DNA of 64,000 nucleotides from Alphaproteobacteria bacterium. GTDB taxonomy: Bacteria > Pseudomonadota > Alphaproteobacteria > UBA7887. The notes beneath the pieces were generated by a model. It saw nothing but the letters and a program-made list of their open reading frames with translations. It was not told where the DNA came from and made no database searches. The position numbers were made by a program, and so were the translations under genes. How positions within the stretch are numbered: position 1 is the first letter of the stretch; each line of letters starts with the position of its first letter. The stretch covers positions 1,912,215 to 1,976,214 of the forward strand of contig OZ241350.1 in assembly GCA_965200095.1 (NCBI GenBank), in the 5' to 3' direction. Positions 51,429 through 60,086 of the stretch are shown here, one piece after another.

Positions 51429-54400
51429 TTGGCTTTTCTGTTCGTCGCAGCGGCGCAGCCGGCCGTCGCGGCGGAGTGGATCCATAGCCCGTCTCCGGCG
51501 ATCCTGTATAAAAGCAGCCTGAATAACGCGCAAGTTTATTTGGCGCTGGATGGAAACTCGCCCCGTTTCAAAGTCACCAGCGATCTGAATACAAACAGAA
51601 GCACCTGGTTCGCCTTGTCGGGCGTCCCCAGCGGGGTCACTCTCTCGGTCAGCGCCGTTGTCGGTCAAACCTCGCCGCATCAGGGCGCCTTGTTGACGTT
51701 GAGCTATAGCGGCAATTTCACCAGCGACTGGGTCCTTACGATCACGGTCCCTTCGGCGGCCTTCTTCACAAGGGCGCGCCAGGTGGTCTACACGATCCCG
51801 GTGCAGACGGACAATACGAAAAGCCTGTGGACGGGGGCAGTATCGGGCCAGGCGACGGAAGCCGGGGGACAGGCGACGTTCCCGGTGCGGCTGCGGGCGG
51901 CGCCTTCGCAGGACGTAACCGTGACGGTAACGAGCCGGGATACGGGCGAGGGCTCGGTATCGCCGTCCACGCTCACCTTCAGCTCTTCGAATTGGCACAC
52001 GCCGCAGACTGTGACGGTGACCGGCGTGGACGATAACGTGGACGACGGCACTCAAAACTGGAACGTCCGCCTCGATCCGTCGAGCGCCGATACGACCTAT
52101 AACGGCCTGACGAACGTGGACGTGGCGGTAACCACCACGGACAATGACGCCCTACCGACGGCGACGCTGTCGCTGAGCCAGTCTTCGATTTCCGAGAACG
52201 GCGGTTCTGCGACAGTGACCGCGGCGCTCTCGCATCCGTCGAGTGGGGCGACGGCGCTGACGGTGGCGGCTTCGCCGGGTTCGGGGACGGATTTCACACA
52301 GACGGGAACGACGCTGAACATCGCTGCGGGGGCGACGAGCAGCACCGGAACGGTGACCATCGCAGCAACCAACAATAGCGTCGACGCGCCGGACAAGAGC
52401 GTGACGGTCTCGGCGACGGCGAGCGGGGCCAGCAACGTCGCGAACCCGTCGTCGGTGACGCTGACGCTGACGGACGACGAGGCGGCGCCGACGGCGACGC
52501 TGGCGTTGTCGAACAATTCGATTCCGGAGAACGGCGGGACATCGACGGTGAGCGCGACGCTGTCGCACGCCTCCAGCGCGTCTTCGACGATCACCGTTTC
52601 GACGGGGACGGGGTTCACCCTGGGTTCGGCGACGACGTTGAATATCGCGGCGGGAGCGACGAGCAGCAGCGGGACGGTGACGCTCACGGCGGATAACGAC
52701 AACGTGCATTCGGGAGACCGGTCGGTCACGGTGACGGGTTCGATGGCGAACACCCAGGGCGCGGGTTCCGTGACGGGGGCTTCGTTGACGATCGAGGAAG
52801 ACGAGGCGTTGCCGACGGCGACGCTGGCGTTGTCGCGTTCGAGCATCGACGAGAGCGGGGCGGACGGCGGTTCGACGGTGACCGCCGGCCTGAGCGGCGC
52901 GTCGAGCGAAGCGACGGTGCTGACGGTGTCGACGTCTCCGGGCGCCGACACGGTCGCAGGCGACTTCACGCAGTCGGGAACGGTGCTGACCATTGCGGCG
53001 GGGGAGACGTCCAGCACCGGCGCGGTGACGATCGCGGCCGTGGACAACGATGCCGACACGCCGAACAAGAGCGTGACGGTCTCGGCGACGGCGGCCGGAG
53101 GCAACGGCGTCGCGGATCCGTCCCCCCTGACGCTGACAGTGACGGACGATGAGGGGCCGCCGACGGTGACGCTGTCGCTGTCGCCGCCGTCGATCGACGA
53201 GAACGGGGGCGTGACGCGGGTGTCGGCGACGCTCTCGCGCCCGTCGGCCGTGGAGACGACGGTAACGGTGTCGGCGTCCCCGGGCGCTGACGCGGTTGCA
53301 GGCGACTTCGCCCTGAGTTCGAACAAGACGCTGACCATCGCCGCGGGAGCGACGACCGGCGCCGGAACGGTGACGATCGCGGCCGTGGACAATGATGTCG
53401 ACGCGCCGGACAAGAGCGTGACGGTTTCGGGCGCGGCGTCGAACGCTGTGGCCGAGGCTGCCGGGCAGACCGTGGCCGTGACCGGAGCGACGCTGACGGT
53501 GACGGACGACGACGAGACGGGGATGCTCATCGCGCCGTCGTCGCTCGTCGCGGAAGCGGGCGGCGCCGGGACGGAGTACACGGTCGTACTCGCCAGCGAG
53601 CCCGTCGGCGACGTGACGGTGGCGATAGCGAGCGACTCGGCGGAAGTGACGGTCAGCCCCGACAGTCTTGTCTTCACGGCGTCGGACTGGAGCGCGCCGC
53701 AGACGGTGACGTTAACCGCAGCGGCGGACGATGACGGTTACGCCGATGCGGCGTCGCTGACGCATACGGCGTCGGGCGGCGGTTACGACGGGGTGACGGG
53801 GACGCTGCCCGTGGCGGTGACGGGCGACAGCAAGGTGAGGGTGGGCGGCGCGGGCGAGACGGTTTACCGGATCCGCGGTCGGACGGTGACGGTGGCGGTG
53901 ATGCCCGGCACGCCGGCGGGCATTGAGATCGACCTTGCGGACCTGCCCGAAGCGCCTTCGGGCGAGGCTCTGACGCTGACCTTCGCGCCTGTGGCGTCTC
54001 CGGCGGCGAGCGACGCTTTCGCCTTCGGGCCGCCGGAGTCGCGGACCGTTGTGGATGTGACGGTGACGGCGGGGCGCGTTTCGTCTCCGGGTCTGCGTCT
54101 GTGCCTTCCGGTTGCGGATGCGGCGCGGGATGCGGCGCGGGGTCGTCCGTTGCTGTTGCTGCGTTACAACGGCGACGCCTGGGGCGCGGTCGCCGGGTCT
54201 GCGGCGAGCGCGGACGGGTCGCTTGTGTGCGCCGATGGCGTGTCGTCGTTTTCGCCGTTTGCGGTTGGGTATGCGGACACGGCGCCGTCGTTTGCGGCGG
54301 ATGCGGCCATCGCGGCGCTGGCGTTCACGGCGGGCGAGGCCATTGAGCCTGTGACCCTGCCTGCGGCGACGGGGGGCGACTGGACGATCCACGAGCTGGG

Positions 54401-55970
54401 TCCCCGGCCATTGGCGCTGCCGCCGGGTCTGGGTTTCGACCGTGACACGCGGGTTCTTTCGGGGACTCCGACGGAGGCGTTCGCGCAGCGTCGCTACACA
54501 TGGACGGCGACGGACATCGATGGGGAGAGCGATACGCTGTCGTTCACGATGGAGGTGCTGCCGGCGCTTGCGGCGGCGCGGGAGCGTTTGCGGGCGGTGA
54601 ACGAGTCGGTTCTGCCGGAGTTGTCGCGGGCGATGTGGGGGAGCGTCATCGATGCGCTGACGGGGCGCCTTGAGAGCGCGGGTCTTTCGGTCGGCGACGG
54701 CGCGGGCGTCGCGGCGTCGGGTCTTGCGGGGGCTTCGGAGTTCCTGCGGTCGAACGATGGCGCGCCTGGGGCGGGTTCTGGTTCGTGGCGGGAGTTGCTG
54801 GCGGGCGAATCCTTCGTGCTGGGCGTGGGTTCGGAAGCGGGCGGCGGCGGCGGCGGTTCGCCGGTAATGGTCTGGGGTTCGGGGGACTGGCGCAAACTGT
54901 CGCTGGACGATGCGGTTCTGGACTGGTCCGGGGAGTTGCTCTCGGCGCATGCGGGGGTGGATGCGCGGCTTGGCGGGAGTGTTCGCGGCGGCGTTGCGGC
55001 GTCATGGTTCGAGAGTGAGATCGACTACACGGATCGCAGCGGCGAGGCGGCGGTTTCGGGCGTTCACGAGAGCCGGCTGCCGGCGGTGCATCCCTGGGCG
55101 GGGTGGTTCGGCTCGGACGGCTCGCGTCTGTGGGGGGTGCTGGGCTATGGCGAGGGCGAGGTCGAGATAGCGGATGCGGACCTTGCGGAGCGTTTCGGGG
55201 TCCAGAAGAGCGACAGCGCGTTTCTGGCGGCGGCGGCGGGGGGTTCGGTTCCGGTTGCGTCGTCCGGCGTGTTTGCGCTTGCGCTGAAGGGTTCGGGGGA
55301 GGCGACGCGCTATTCGGTGGAGGACAACGGCGCGGCGATTGCGGCGGTGTCTGTGGACACGCAGCGGTTGCGGCTGTCTGCGACGGGCAGCCGGCGCTGG
55401 GTTCTGGCGGACGGCGGGACGCTTACGCCGTCGCTGGAGGCGGGGGCGCGCTGGGACGGCGGCGACGGGGAGACGGGCGCAGGCGTGGAGTTGGGGGGCG
55501 GCGTGGAGTGGACGCTTCCGTCGCATGGCCTGGCGGTTGCGGCGCGGGGCCGGACGCTGGCGGCCCATGCGGGCGCTGCGGAGGAATGGGGCGTGTCGGG
55601 TTCGGCGCGGCTTTCGCCGCCCGGCGGGCGCGGTCTGTCTCTGGCGCTGTCGCCGCGCTGGGGGGCTTCGGACAGCGGCCTGTCGCGTCTGTGGGACGAG
55701 GGCGTTGCGGGGCGCGGGTCTCCGGTCGGCGGAAGCGACGCGGGCGCGGCGGGTCTGGAGGCGGAGTTGGGCTACGGGTTCCGCGAGGGGGCCGGTCTGC
55801 TGACGCCGTCTGCGGGGTTCGGCTACGGGGACGGCGGCGCGCGGCGCTGGCTGGTGGGAACGCGGTTCGACCTCGGCCCGGCGCTTGCGGTCTCGGTGGC
55901 GACCGAACGCCGCGACGGCGCCGCCGACGCCGGACACGCCCTCCGCATCGACCTGCGCATGAACTGGTAG
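51429..55970 (+). CDS. giant secreted repeat protein B (about 1513 aa from TTG): 5 Calx-beta-like domains plus the shared Calx/He_PIG/linker/beta-barrel module; apparently phase-OFF
   Basis: Calx-beta-like units [25 protein letters not shown]...NIAAGATSSTGTVTIAA...DKSVTVSATA. The last ~900 aa are near-identical to protein A and end LRIDLRMNW. The in-frame ORF begins only at TTG 51429, in the middle of a signal-peptide h-region. The ATG at 51373 (MSPLN-polyP) is out of frame by one C. Confidence 0.75.
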   Translation: MAFLFVAAAQPAVAAEWIHSPSPAILYKSSLNNAQVYLALDGNSPRFKVTSDLNTNRSTWFALSGVPSGVTLSVSAVVGQTSPHQGALLTLSYSGNFTSDWVLTITVPSAAFFTRARQVVYTIPVQTDNTKSLWTGAVSGQATEAGGQATFPVRLRAAPSQDVTVTVTSRDTGEGSVSPSTLTFSSSNWHTPQTVTVTGVDDNVDDGTQNWNVRLDPSSADTTYNGLTNVDVAVTTTDNDALPTATLSLSQSSISENGGSATVTAALSHPSSGATALTVAASPGSGTDFTQTGTTLNIAAGATSSTGTVTIAATNNSVDAPDKSVTVSATASGASNVANPSSVTLTLTDDEAAPTATLALSNNSIPENGGTSTVSATLSHASSASSTITVSTGTGFTLGSATTLNIAAGATSSSGTVTLTADNDNVHSGDRSVTVTGSMANTQGAGSVTGASLTIEEDEALPTATLALSRSSIDESGADGGSTVTAGLSGASSEATVLTVSTSPGADTVAGDFTQSGTVLTIAAGETSSTGAVTIAAVDNDADTPNKSVTVSATAAGGNGVADPSPLTLTVTDDEGPPTVTLSLSPPSIDENGGVTRVSATLSRPSAVETTVTVSASPGADAVAGDFALSSNKTLTIAAGATTGAGTVTIAAVDNDVDAPDKSVTVSGAASNAVAEAAGQTVAVTGATLTVTDDDETGMLIAPSSLVAEAGGAGTEYTVVLASEPVGDVTVAIASDSAEVTVSPDSLVFTASDWSAPQTVTLTAAADDDGYADAASLTHTASGGGYDGVTGTLPVAVTGDSKVRVGGAGETVYRIRGRTVTVAVMPGTPAGIEIDLADLPEAPSGEALTLTFAPVASPAASDAFAFGPPESRTVVDVTVTAGRVSSPGLRLCLPVADAARDAARGRPLLLLRYNGDAWGAVAGSAASADGSLVCADGVSSFSPFAVGYADTAPSFAADAAIAALAFTAGEAIEPVTLPAATGGDWTIHELGPRPLALPPGLGFDRDTRVLSGTPTEAFAQRRYTWTATDIDGESDTLSFTMEVLPALAAARERLRAVNESVLPELSRAMWGSVIDALTGRLESAGLSVGDGAGVAASGLAGASEFLRSNDGAPGAGSGSWRELLAGESFVLGVGSEAGGGGGGSPVMVWGSGDWRKLSLDDAVLDWSGELLSAHAGVDARLGGSVRGGVAASWFESEIDYTDRSGEAAVSGVHESRLPAVHPWAGWFGSDGSRLWGVLGYGEGEVEIADADLAERFGVQKSDSAFLAAAAGGSVPVASSGVFALALKGSGEATRYSVEDNGAAIAAVSVDTQRLRLSATGSRRWVLADGGTLTPSLEAGARWDGGDGETGAGVELGGGVEWTLPSHGLAVAARGRTLAAHAGAAEEWGVSGSARLSPPGGRGLSLALSPRWGASDSGLSRLWDEGVAGRGSPVGGSDAGAAGLEAELGYGFREGAGLLTPSAGFGYGDGGARRWLVGTRFDLGPALAVSVATERRDGAADAGHALRIDLRMNW

Positions 55971-56390
55971 CGGCCGACCCGCAAGGCGGGTGTGCGATAC
56001 GACCGACGGGAAATCGATGCGGCGCCGGGCGCGCGCCCTACACGACGCCGAACAGGCGCGCGGCCATCGCCAGAACGATCGCGAACATGAAGCCGAGCAC
56101 CCACTTGACGGCCCACAATTCCGCCTTGACGGCGCCGATGTCACCCTTGAGTTCGGCCCTGAGTTCGGCGATGTCGCCCTTGAGTTCGGCTCTGAGTTCG
56201 CTGATGTCGCCCTTGGTGGCGACGCCCTCGCTCACCGCCTTGCGCACGGTTATGGCGATGGCCTTGGCTTGCGGCTCGGGCAGACCCGTGCGGGTCAAGG
56301 CCTCGGCCGCCTCCAGCGTGTCGAACAACTCAGTGGACATGCCGCGTCTTCTACGCCCGGTATCGGGGACTGTCAAGCCGCCAGCAATTC
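53670..56390. repeat. segmental duplication copy 2
   Basis: See 47970-50690. Confidence 0.85.
56038..56340 (-). CDS. DUF1640-like protein, copy 2 (100 aa; three 11-mer repeats)
   Basis: Same N- and C-termini as copy 1. Has KGDISELRAELKGDIAELRAELKGDIGAVKAEL. Confidence 0.6.
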   Translation of the reverse strand: MSTELFDTLEAAEALTRTGLPEPQAKAIAITVRKAVSEGVATKGDISELRAELKGDIAELRAELKGDIGAVKAELWAVKWVLGFMFAIVLAMAARLFGVV

Positions 56391-56465
56391 TCATTTTGGC
56401 CCATAGCGATGCGGCGGACCTGTCGCTCCCAGGAAGGCGCGTCCATCGCCATAATGAGAATCGCC
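56383..56465. mobile_element. 83-bp MITE-like insertion flanked by an 11-bp target-site duplication GTCAAGCCGCC
   Basis: AGCAATTCTCATTTTGGCC...CCATAATGAGAATCGCC has inverted termini. It splits the promoter/operator sequence that is intact upstream of copy 1. The direct repeat GTCAAGCCGCC is at 56372-56382 and 56467-56477. Confidence 0.65.
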
Positions 56466-56569
56466 GGTCAAGCCGCCTGCGCTCCCGGCGCAGGGCAATC
56501 GACCCGCAAGGCGGCGGCGCGGTGTGCGATACGACCGACGGGAAATCGAGGCGGCGCCGGGCGCGCGCC

Positions 56570-56980
56570 CTACACGACGCCGAACAGACGCGCGGCCATC
56601 GCCAGAATGATCGCGAACATGAAGCCGAGCACCCACTTGACGGCCCACAATTCCGCCTTGACGGCGCCGACCTCACCCCTGAGTTCGCCGATGTCGCCCT
56701 TGAGTTCGCCGATGTCGCCCTTGAGTTCGGTTCTGAGTTCGCCGATGTCGCCCTTGAGTTCGGTTCTGAGCTCGCCGATGTCACCCTTGAGTTCGGCCCT
56801 GAGCTCGCCGATATCGCCCTTGAGTTCGGTTCTGAGCTCGCCGACATCGCTCTTCGTGGCAACGCCCTCGCTCACCGCCTTGCGCACGGTTATGGCGATG
56901 GCCTTGGCTTGCGGCTCGGGCAGACCGGCGCGGGTCAAGGCCTCGGCCGCCTCCATGGTGTCGAACGACGTAGCGGACAT
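56570..56980 (-). CDS. DUF1640-like protein, copy 3 (136 aa; about seven 11-mer and 8-mer repeats)
   Basis: MSATSFDTMEAAEALTRAGLPEPQAKAIAITVRKAV, then GELRTELKGDI repeated with 33-bp DNA periodicity, then the same TM tail. Confidence 0.6.
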   Translation of the reverse strand: MSATSFDTMEAAEALTRAGLPEPQAKAIAITVRKAVSEGVATKSDVGELRTELKGDIGELRAELKGDIGELRTELKGDIGELRTELKGDIGELKGDIGELRGEVGAVKAELWAVKWVLGFMFAIILAMAARLFGVV

Positions 56981-57388
56981 GCCGCTTCGTCTACCCCCGG
57001 CATCGGAGACTGTCAAGCCGCTTGCGCTCCCGGCGGTTCCCGTCGCGGCGACCGGCGCCGCTCGCCGCATCCGGCAGGCGTCGGCGCGGCAGGCGGGCGC
57101 CCCGGCCGAACCGCCGGATTTTTTCACGCGGTCCTTCGCAGAACGAGCATATCGGAGCAACGACAACCCGTATCGAACCGGGGCGCCCGCTCATCCTGTC
57201 GTCGTCTCGCGACACCGCCGGAAGTCCGCTCGAACAGGCGAGCGCCGGGCCGTGACCGGCCCCCCCCCGAAAAATCCGGGCGTTATGCAGGAGTTCCGAC
57301 GCGCAATTCGCTCCCGGCTTGCGCCGGCGGCGAACGCCGCTATGCTGCGCGTTCTCCGATGCGGAAGCGACCCGCAAAAGGCATCCCC

Positions 57389-58207
57389 ATGACGACGCGC
57401 GCGCGCCGGCCGGCCGCCGGAATCCTTTGTCTGGCGGCGTTTAGCGCAGTTTCCGTCCACCACGCCGCGGCGGTCGAGCTGCGTCCGCACCGCGCCCTTT
57501 ACGACCTCGGCCTCGCGGCCGCCCGCGACGGGTCGTCGATCACGGCGTTGCGCGGCGAAATGGCGCTCGAATGGGCCGACGCCTGCGAAGGCTGGACAGT
57601 GTCGCAGAATATCCGCATGGACATCGCGAACCGCAGCGGCGCGTCCTTCCAGAACGTCATCTCCTTTTCGAGCTACGAGACCAAATCGGGCGACCGCTTT
57701 CGCTTCAGCATGAAGTGGGGCGCGGCGGGAGACCGCGTCGAGGAATATGTCGGATACGCCGAACCCGGACGCGCGGTTTTCACCGTGCCCGACGGCGAGT
57801 CGATGCCCCTCCCCGAGGGGACGATGTTCCCCACCGATCACATGTTTCTCCTCGTCGATGCGGCGGCGGCCGGCAGGTCGCGCCTGACGCGGACGGTGTT
57901 CGGCGGCACCGGCCCGGACAGCCTGAACGAGGTCACCGCGTTCATCGGCGCCGAGGTCCCCTCCGGAACGCCGCTCGCGACGCGCGGCGACGAGGGCGCG
58001 GTATTGCGCGAGGTTGCGGAACTGCGTTCCTGGCCGGTGTCGCTGGCTTATTTCCCGTTCGAATCGAACGCGCCGGAGCCGGATTTCGAAGCGATCTTCC
58101 GCCTTGTCGAAAACGGCGTTGCGGCGTCGGTAATCCTCGACTATGGCGAGTTCGCCATGAATGCGGAGCTCACGGAGATCGAGTTCTTCCCGCCTCCGGC
58201 GTGCTGA
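57389..58207 (+). CDS. periplasmic protein, possibly DUF1849/EipB-like (272 aa)
   Basis: Signal peptide MTTRARRPAAGILCLAAFSAVSVHHAAA. Assigned by recalled similarity to alphaproteobacterial envelope-integrity proteins. Confidence 0.4.
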   Translation: MTTRARRPAAGILCLAAFSAVSVHHAAAVELRPHRALYDLGLAAARDGSSITALRGEMALEWADACEGWTVSQNIRMDIANRSGASFQNVISFSSYETKSGDRFRFSMKWGAAGDRVEEYVGYAEPGRAVFTVPDGESMPLPEGTMFPTDHMFLLVDAAAAGRSRLTRTVFGGTGPDSLNEVTAFIGAEVPSGTPLATRGDEGAVLREVAELRSWPVSLAYFPFESNAPEPDFEAIFRLVENGVAASVILDYGEFAMNAELTEIEFFPPPAC

Positions 58208-59381
58208 ACGCAGCGTCCGGAGTTCCATCGAGCATGTCCGCCGGCTCGGCTTCGCCTGCGGGGCTGAGTTTCTGAACGCCGACGCCCAGCAGGCGGTAGC
58301 GCGTTCCGTCCGCCTCCCTCCGCAGCAACCGGCGGCCGGCGGCGGCGATGACCTCGGCGCGCCGGGTCGCCGCCGACAGCGTCGCCGAGCGCGTCCGCAG
58401 GCGGAAATCCCCCGTCTTGAGCTTGATGACCACGCATTGCCCCGCCAGACCGCCGCGCGCCAGACGCCGGGCGACGCGCCCGCAAAGCCCGGCCAGGACC
58501 GTCTCCAGGACGGCCGCATCGCCGGTATCGCTGTCGAAAGTGGTCTCGCAAGAGACGCTTTTCGTCTCGCCGCGCGGCTCCACCCGTCGGTCGTCCTCAC
58601 CCGCCGCGTAAGCGGCGAGCTGCCGCCCGATGCTCCCGTAGCGCCGCGCCAGTTCGTCCGCGCTCCGTCCCTGGAGCTGGGCGACGACGCCGATGCCGTC
58701 GCGTTGCAGGCGGCGGGCGAGGGACGGGCCGACGCCCCATAGTTTGCGCACCGGCAGGGGGGCGAGAAAATCGCGCGCCCCGGCGCGACCGATGACCGAG
58801 AACCCCCGCGGCTTGTCGATGTCCGATGCGAGTTTGGCCAGCAACTTGTTGTAACTCAGCCCGATCGACACGGTGATCCCCAGCTCGTTTTCGACGCGGC
58901 GGGAGAATTCGTCGAGGCGTTCGGCGGCGCCGCCCGTGGCGGCGAAGTCGAGATAGGCCTCATCGATGGAGACCGGCTGCACCTGCGCCCCGACGCTGCG
59001 CATGAGGGCGCGGACCTCGGCCCCGACGGCGCGGTATTTCGACATGTCGGGCGGCAGCACGATGGCGTCCGGGCAGGCGGCGAGCGCCCTGAACATCGGC
59101 ATCGCCGAACCGACGCCGTAGAGGCGGGCCACGTAACACGCGGTGCTGACGACGCCGCGGCGCCCGCCGCCGACGATCACCGGCTTGTCCCGCAGTTCGG
59201 GCCTGTCGCGTTTCTCGACCGCCGCATAAAACGCATCGCAATCGACGTGCGCCACTTCGAGCGACGCGAGTTCGGCGTGAGCGACGACGCGCGGGCTGCC
59301 GCAGTTCCCGCACCGGCCGGCCGGCGCATCGGCGCCGAAAGCCCCGCAATCGCGGCACAACCGGTCCGTCGCGCCCGTCAT
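58170..59381 (-). CDS. dinB: DNA polymerase IV (Y-family) with N-terminal zinc-ribbon extension
   Basis: VDCDAFYAAVEKRDRPELRDKPVIVGG and SIDEAYLD catalytic motifs. N-terminal CRDCG...CGNCG. Confidence 0.85.
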   Translation of the reverse strand: MTGATDRLCRDCGAFGADAPAGRCGNCGSPRVVAHAELASLEVAHVDCDAFYAAVEKRDRPELRDKPVIVGGGRRGVVSTACYVARLYGVGSAMPMFRALAACPDAIVLPPDMSKYRAVGAEVRALMRSVGAQVQPVSIDEAYLDFAATGGAAERLDEFSRRVENELGITVSIGLSYNKLLAKLASDIDKPRGFSVIGRAGARDFLAPLPVRKLWGVGPSLARRLQRDGIGVVAQLQGRSADELARRYGSIGRQLAAYAAGEDDRRVEPRGETKSVSCETTFDSDTGDAAVLETVLAGLCGRVARRLARGGLAGQCVVIKLKTGDFRLRTRSATLSAATRRAEVIAAAGRRLLRREADGTRYRLLGVGVQKLSPAGEAEPADMLDGTPDAAFSTPEAGRTRSP

Positions 59382-59396
59382 CGCGCGCCCGGCGGG

Positions 59397-60083
59397 TCAA
59401 TACCCGGCGGCCGACAATTCCGCCTCGATGATCGCCCGGGCGCCGGGCCAGTCGTCGACCCGGTGATGGCTGTCGATCGCCTCCGGCTTCAGCAGTCGGG
59501 CGAGGCGGCTGTCGGCGACCATGTGCAGGCGACGCACCGCGTTCGCGTGTTCGGCGACCGACTTATGGTGCGTCGGCGCGTCGTCGATGAAGAACACCGG
59601 GGCCTCGACGCGGGTCGCCAGGGCCTGCACCGCCGGTCCCTTCGGACCCTCGTTCGAGATCAACGGGTAGTCCATCCCGGACAGTTCGAGCGCCCGCGAA
59701 CGCTCCGGCCGCCGGGTGTGGGGAAGGTTGCTCAACACCACGATCTGCGCCCGCCGGTTCAGCGTCGCGAGCGACTCCGACGCTCCGGGCGCCGCGTCCA
59801 TAATCGCGGTCCGGGCGTCGAAGAACCCGTCGAGCAGGCGCTTCGTCGTGTCCCAATCCACCGCTTCGGGATCGCCGCGACGGCGGATGTTTCCGAGGAG
59901 CGCGTAGGACGACCAGTCGAAGTAATGCTCGTGTTCGTCCAGGTATCGTTCGAAATCGGCCATGAACACGAACAGCACTTCGTCGGCGTCGGTGACGATC
60001 AGCGGCCGGCGCGCCTCGATCGGCAACGCCTCGATCTGTTCGAAGACGTCCGGCGCCGCGGGGCAGGGGGCTCCCTGCGCCAT
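59397..60083 (-). CDS. HAD-like hydrolase family protein (hypothetical)
   Basis: IVTDADEVL (DxDxV motif I-like) and a later FIDD. Confidence 0.4.
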   Translation of the reverse strand: MAQGAPCPAAPDVFEQIEALPIEARRPLIVTDADEVLFVFMADFERYLDEHEHYFDWSSYALLGNIRRRGDPEAVDWDTTKRLLDGFFDARTAIMDAAPGASESLATLNRRAQIVVLSNLPHTRRPERSRALELSGMDYPLISNEGPKGPAVQALATRVEAPVFFIDDAPTHHKSVAEHANAVRRLHMVADSRLARLLKPEAIDSHHRVDDWPGARAIIEAELSAAGY

Positions 60084-60086
60084 GCG

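Noticed and set aside
56100-56860. Regular 33-bp DNA periodicity that could be mistaken for a CRISPR array
   Set aside because: The repeats are contiguous with no unique spacers and lie in-frame inside the DUF1640 genes, where they encode 11-residue coiled-coil repeats. No cas genes are present.
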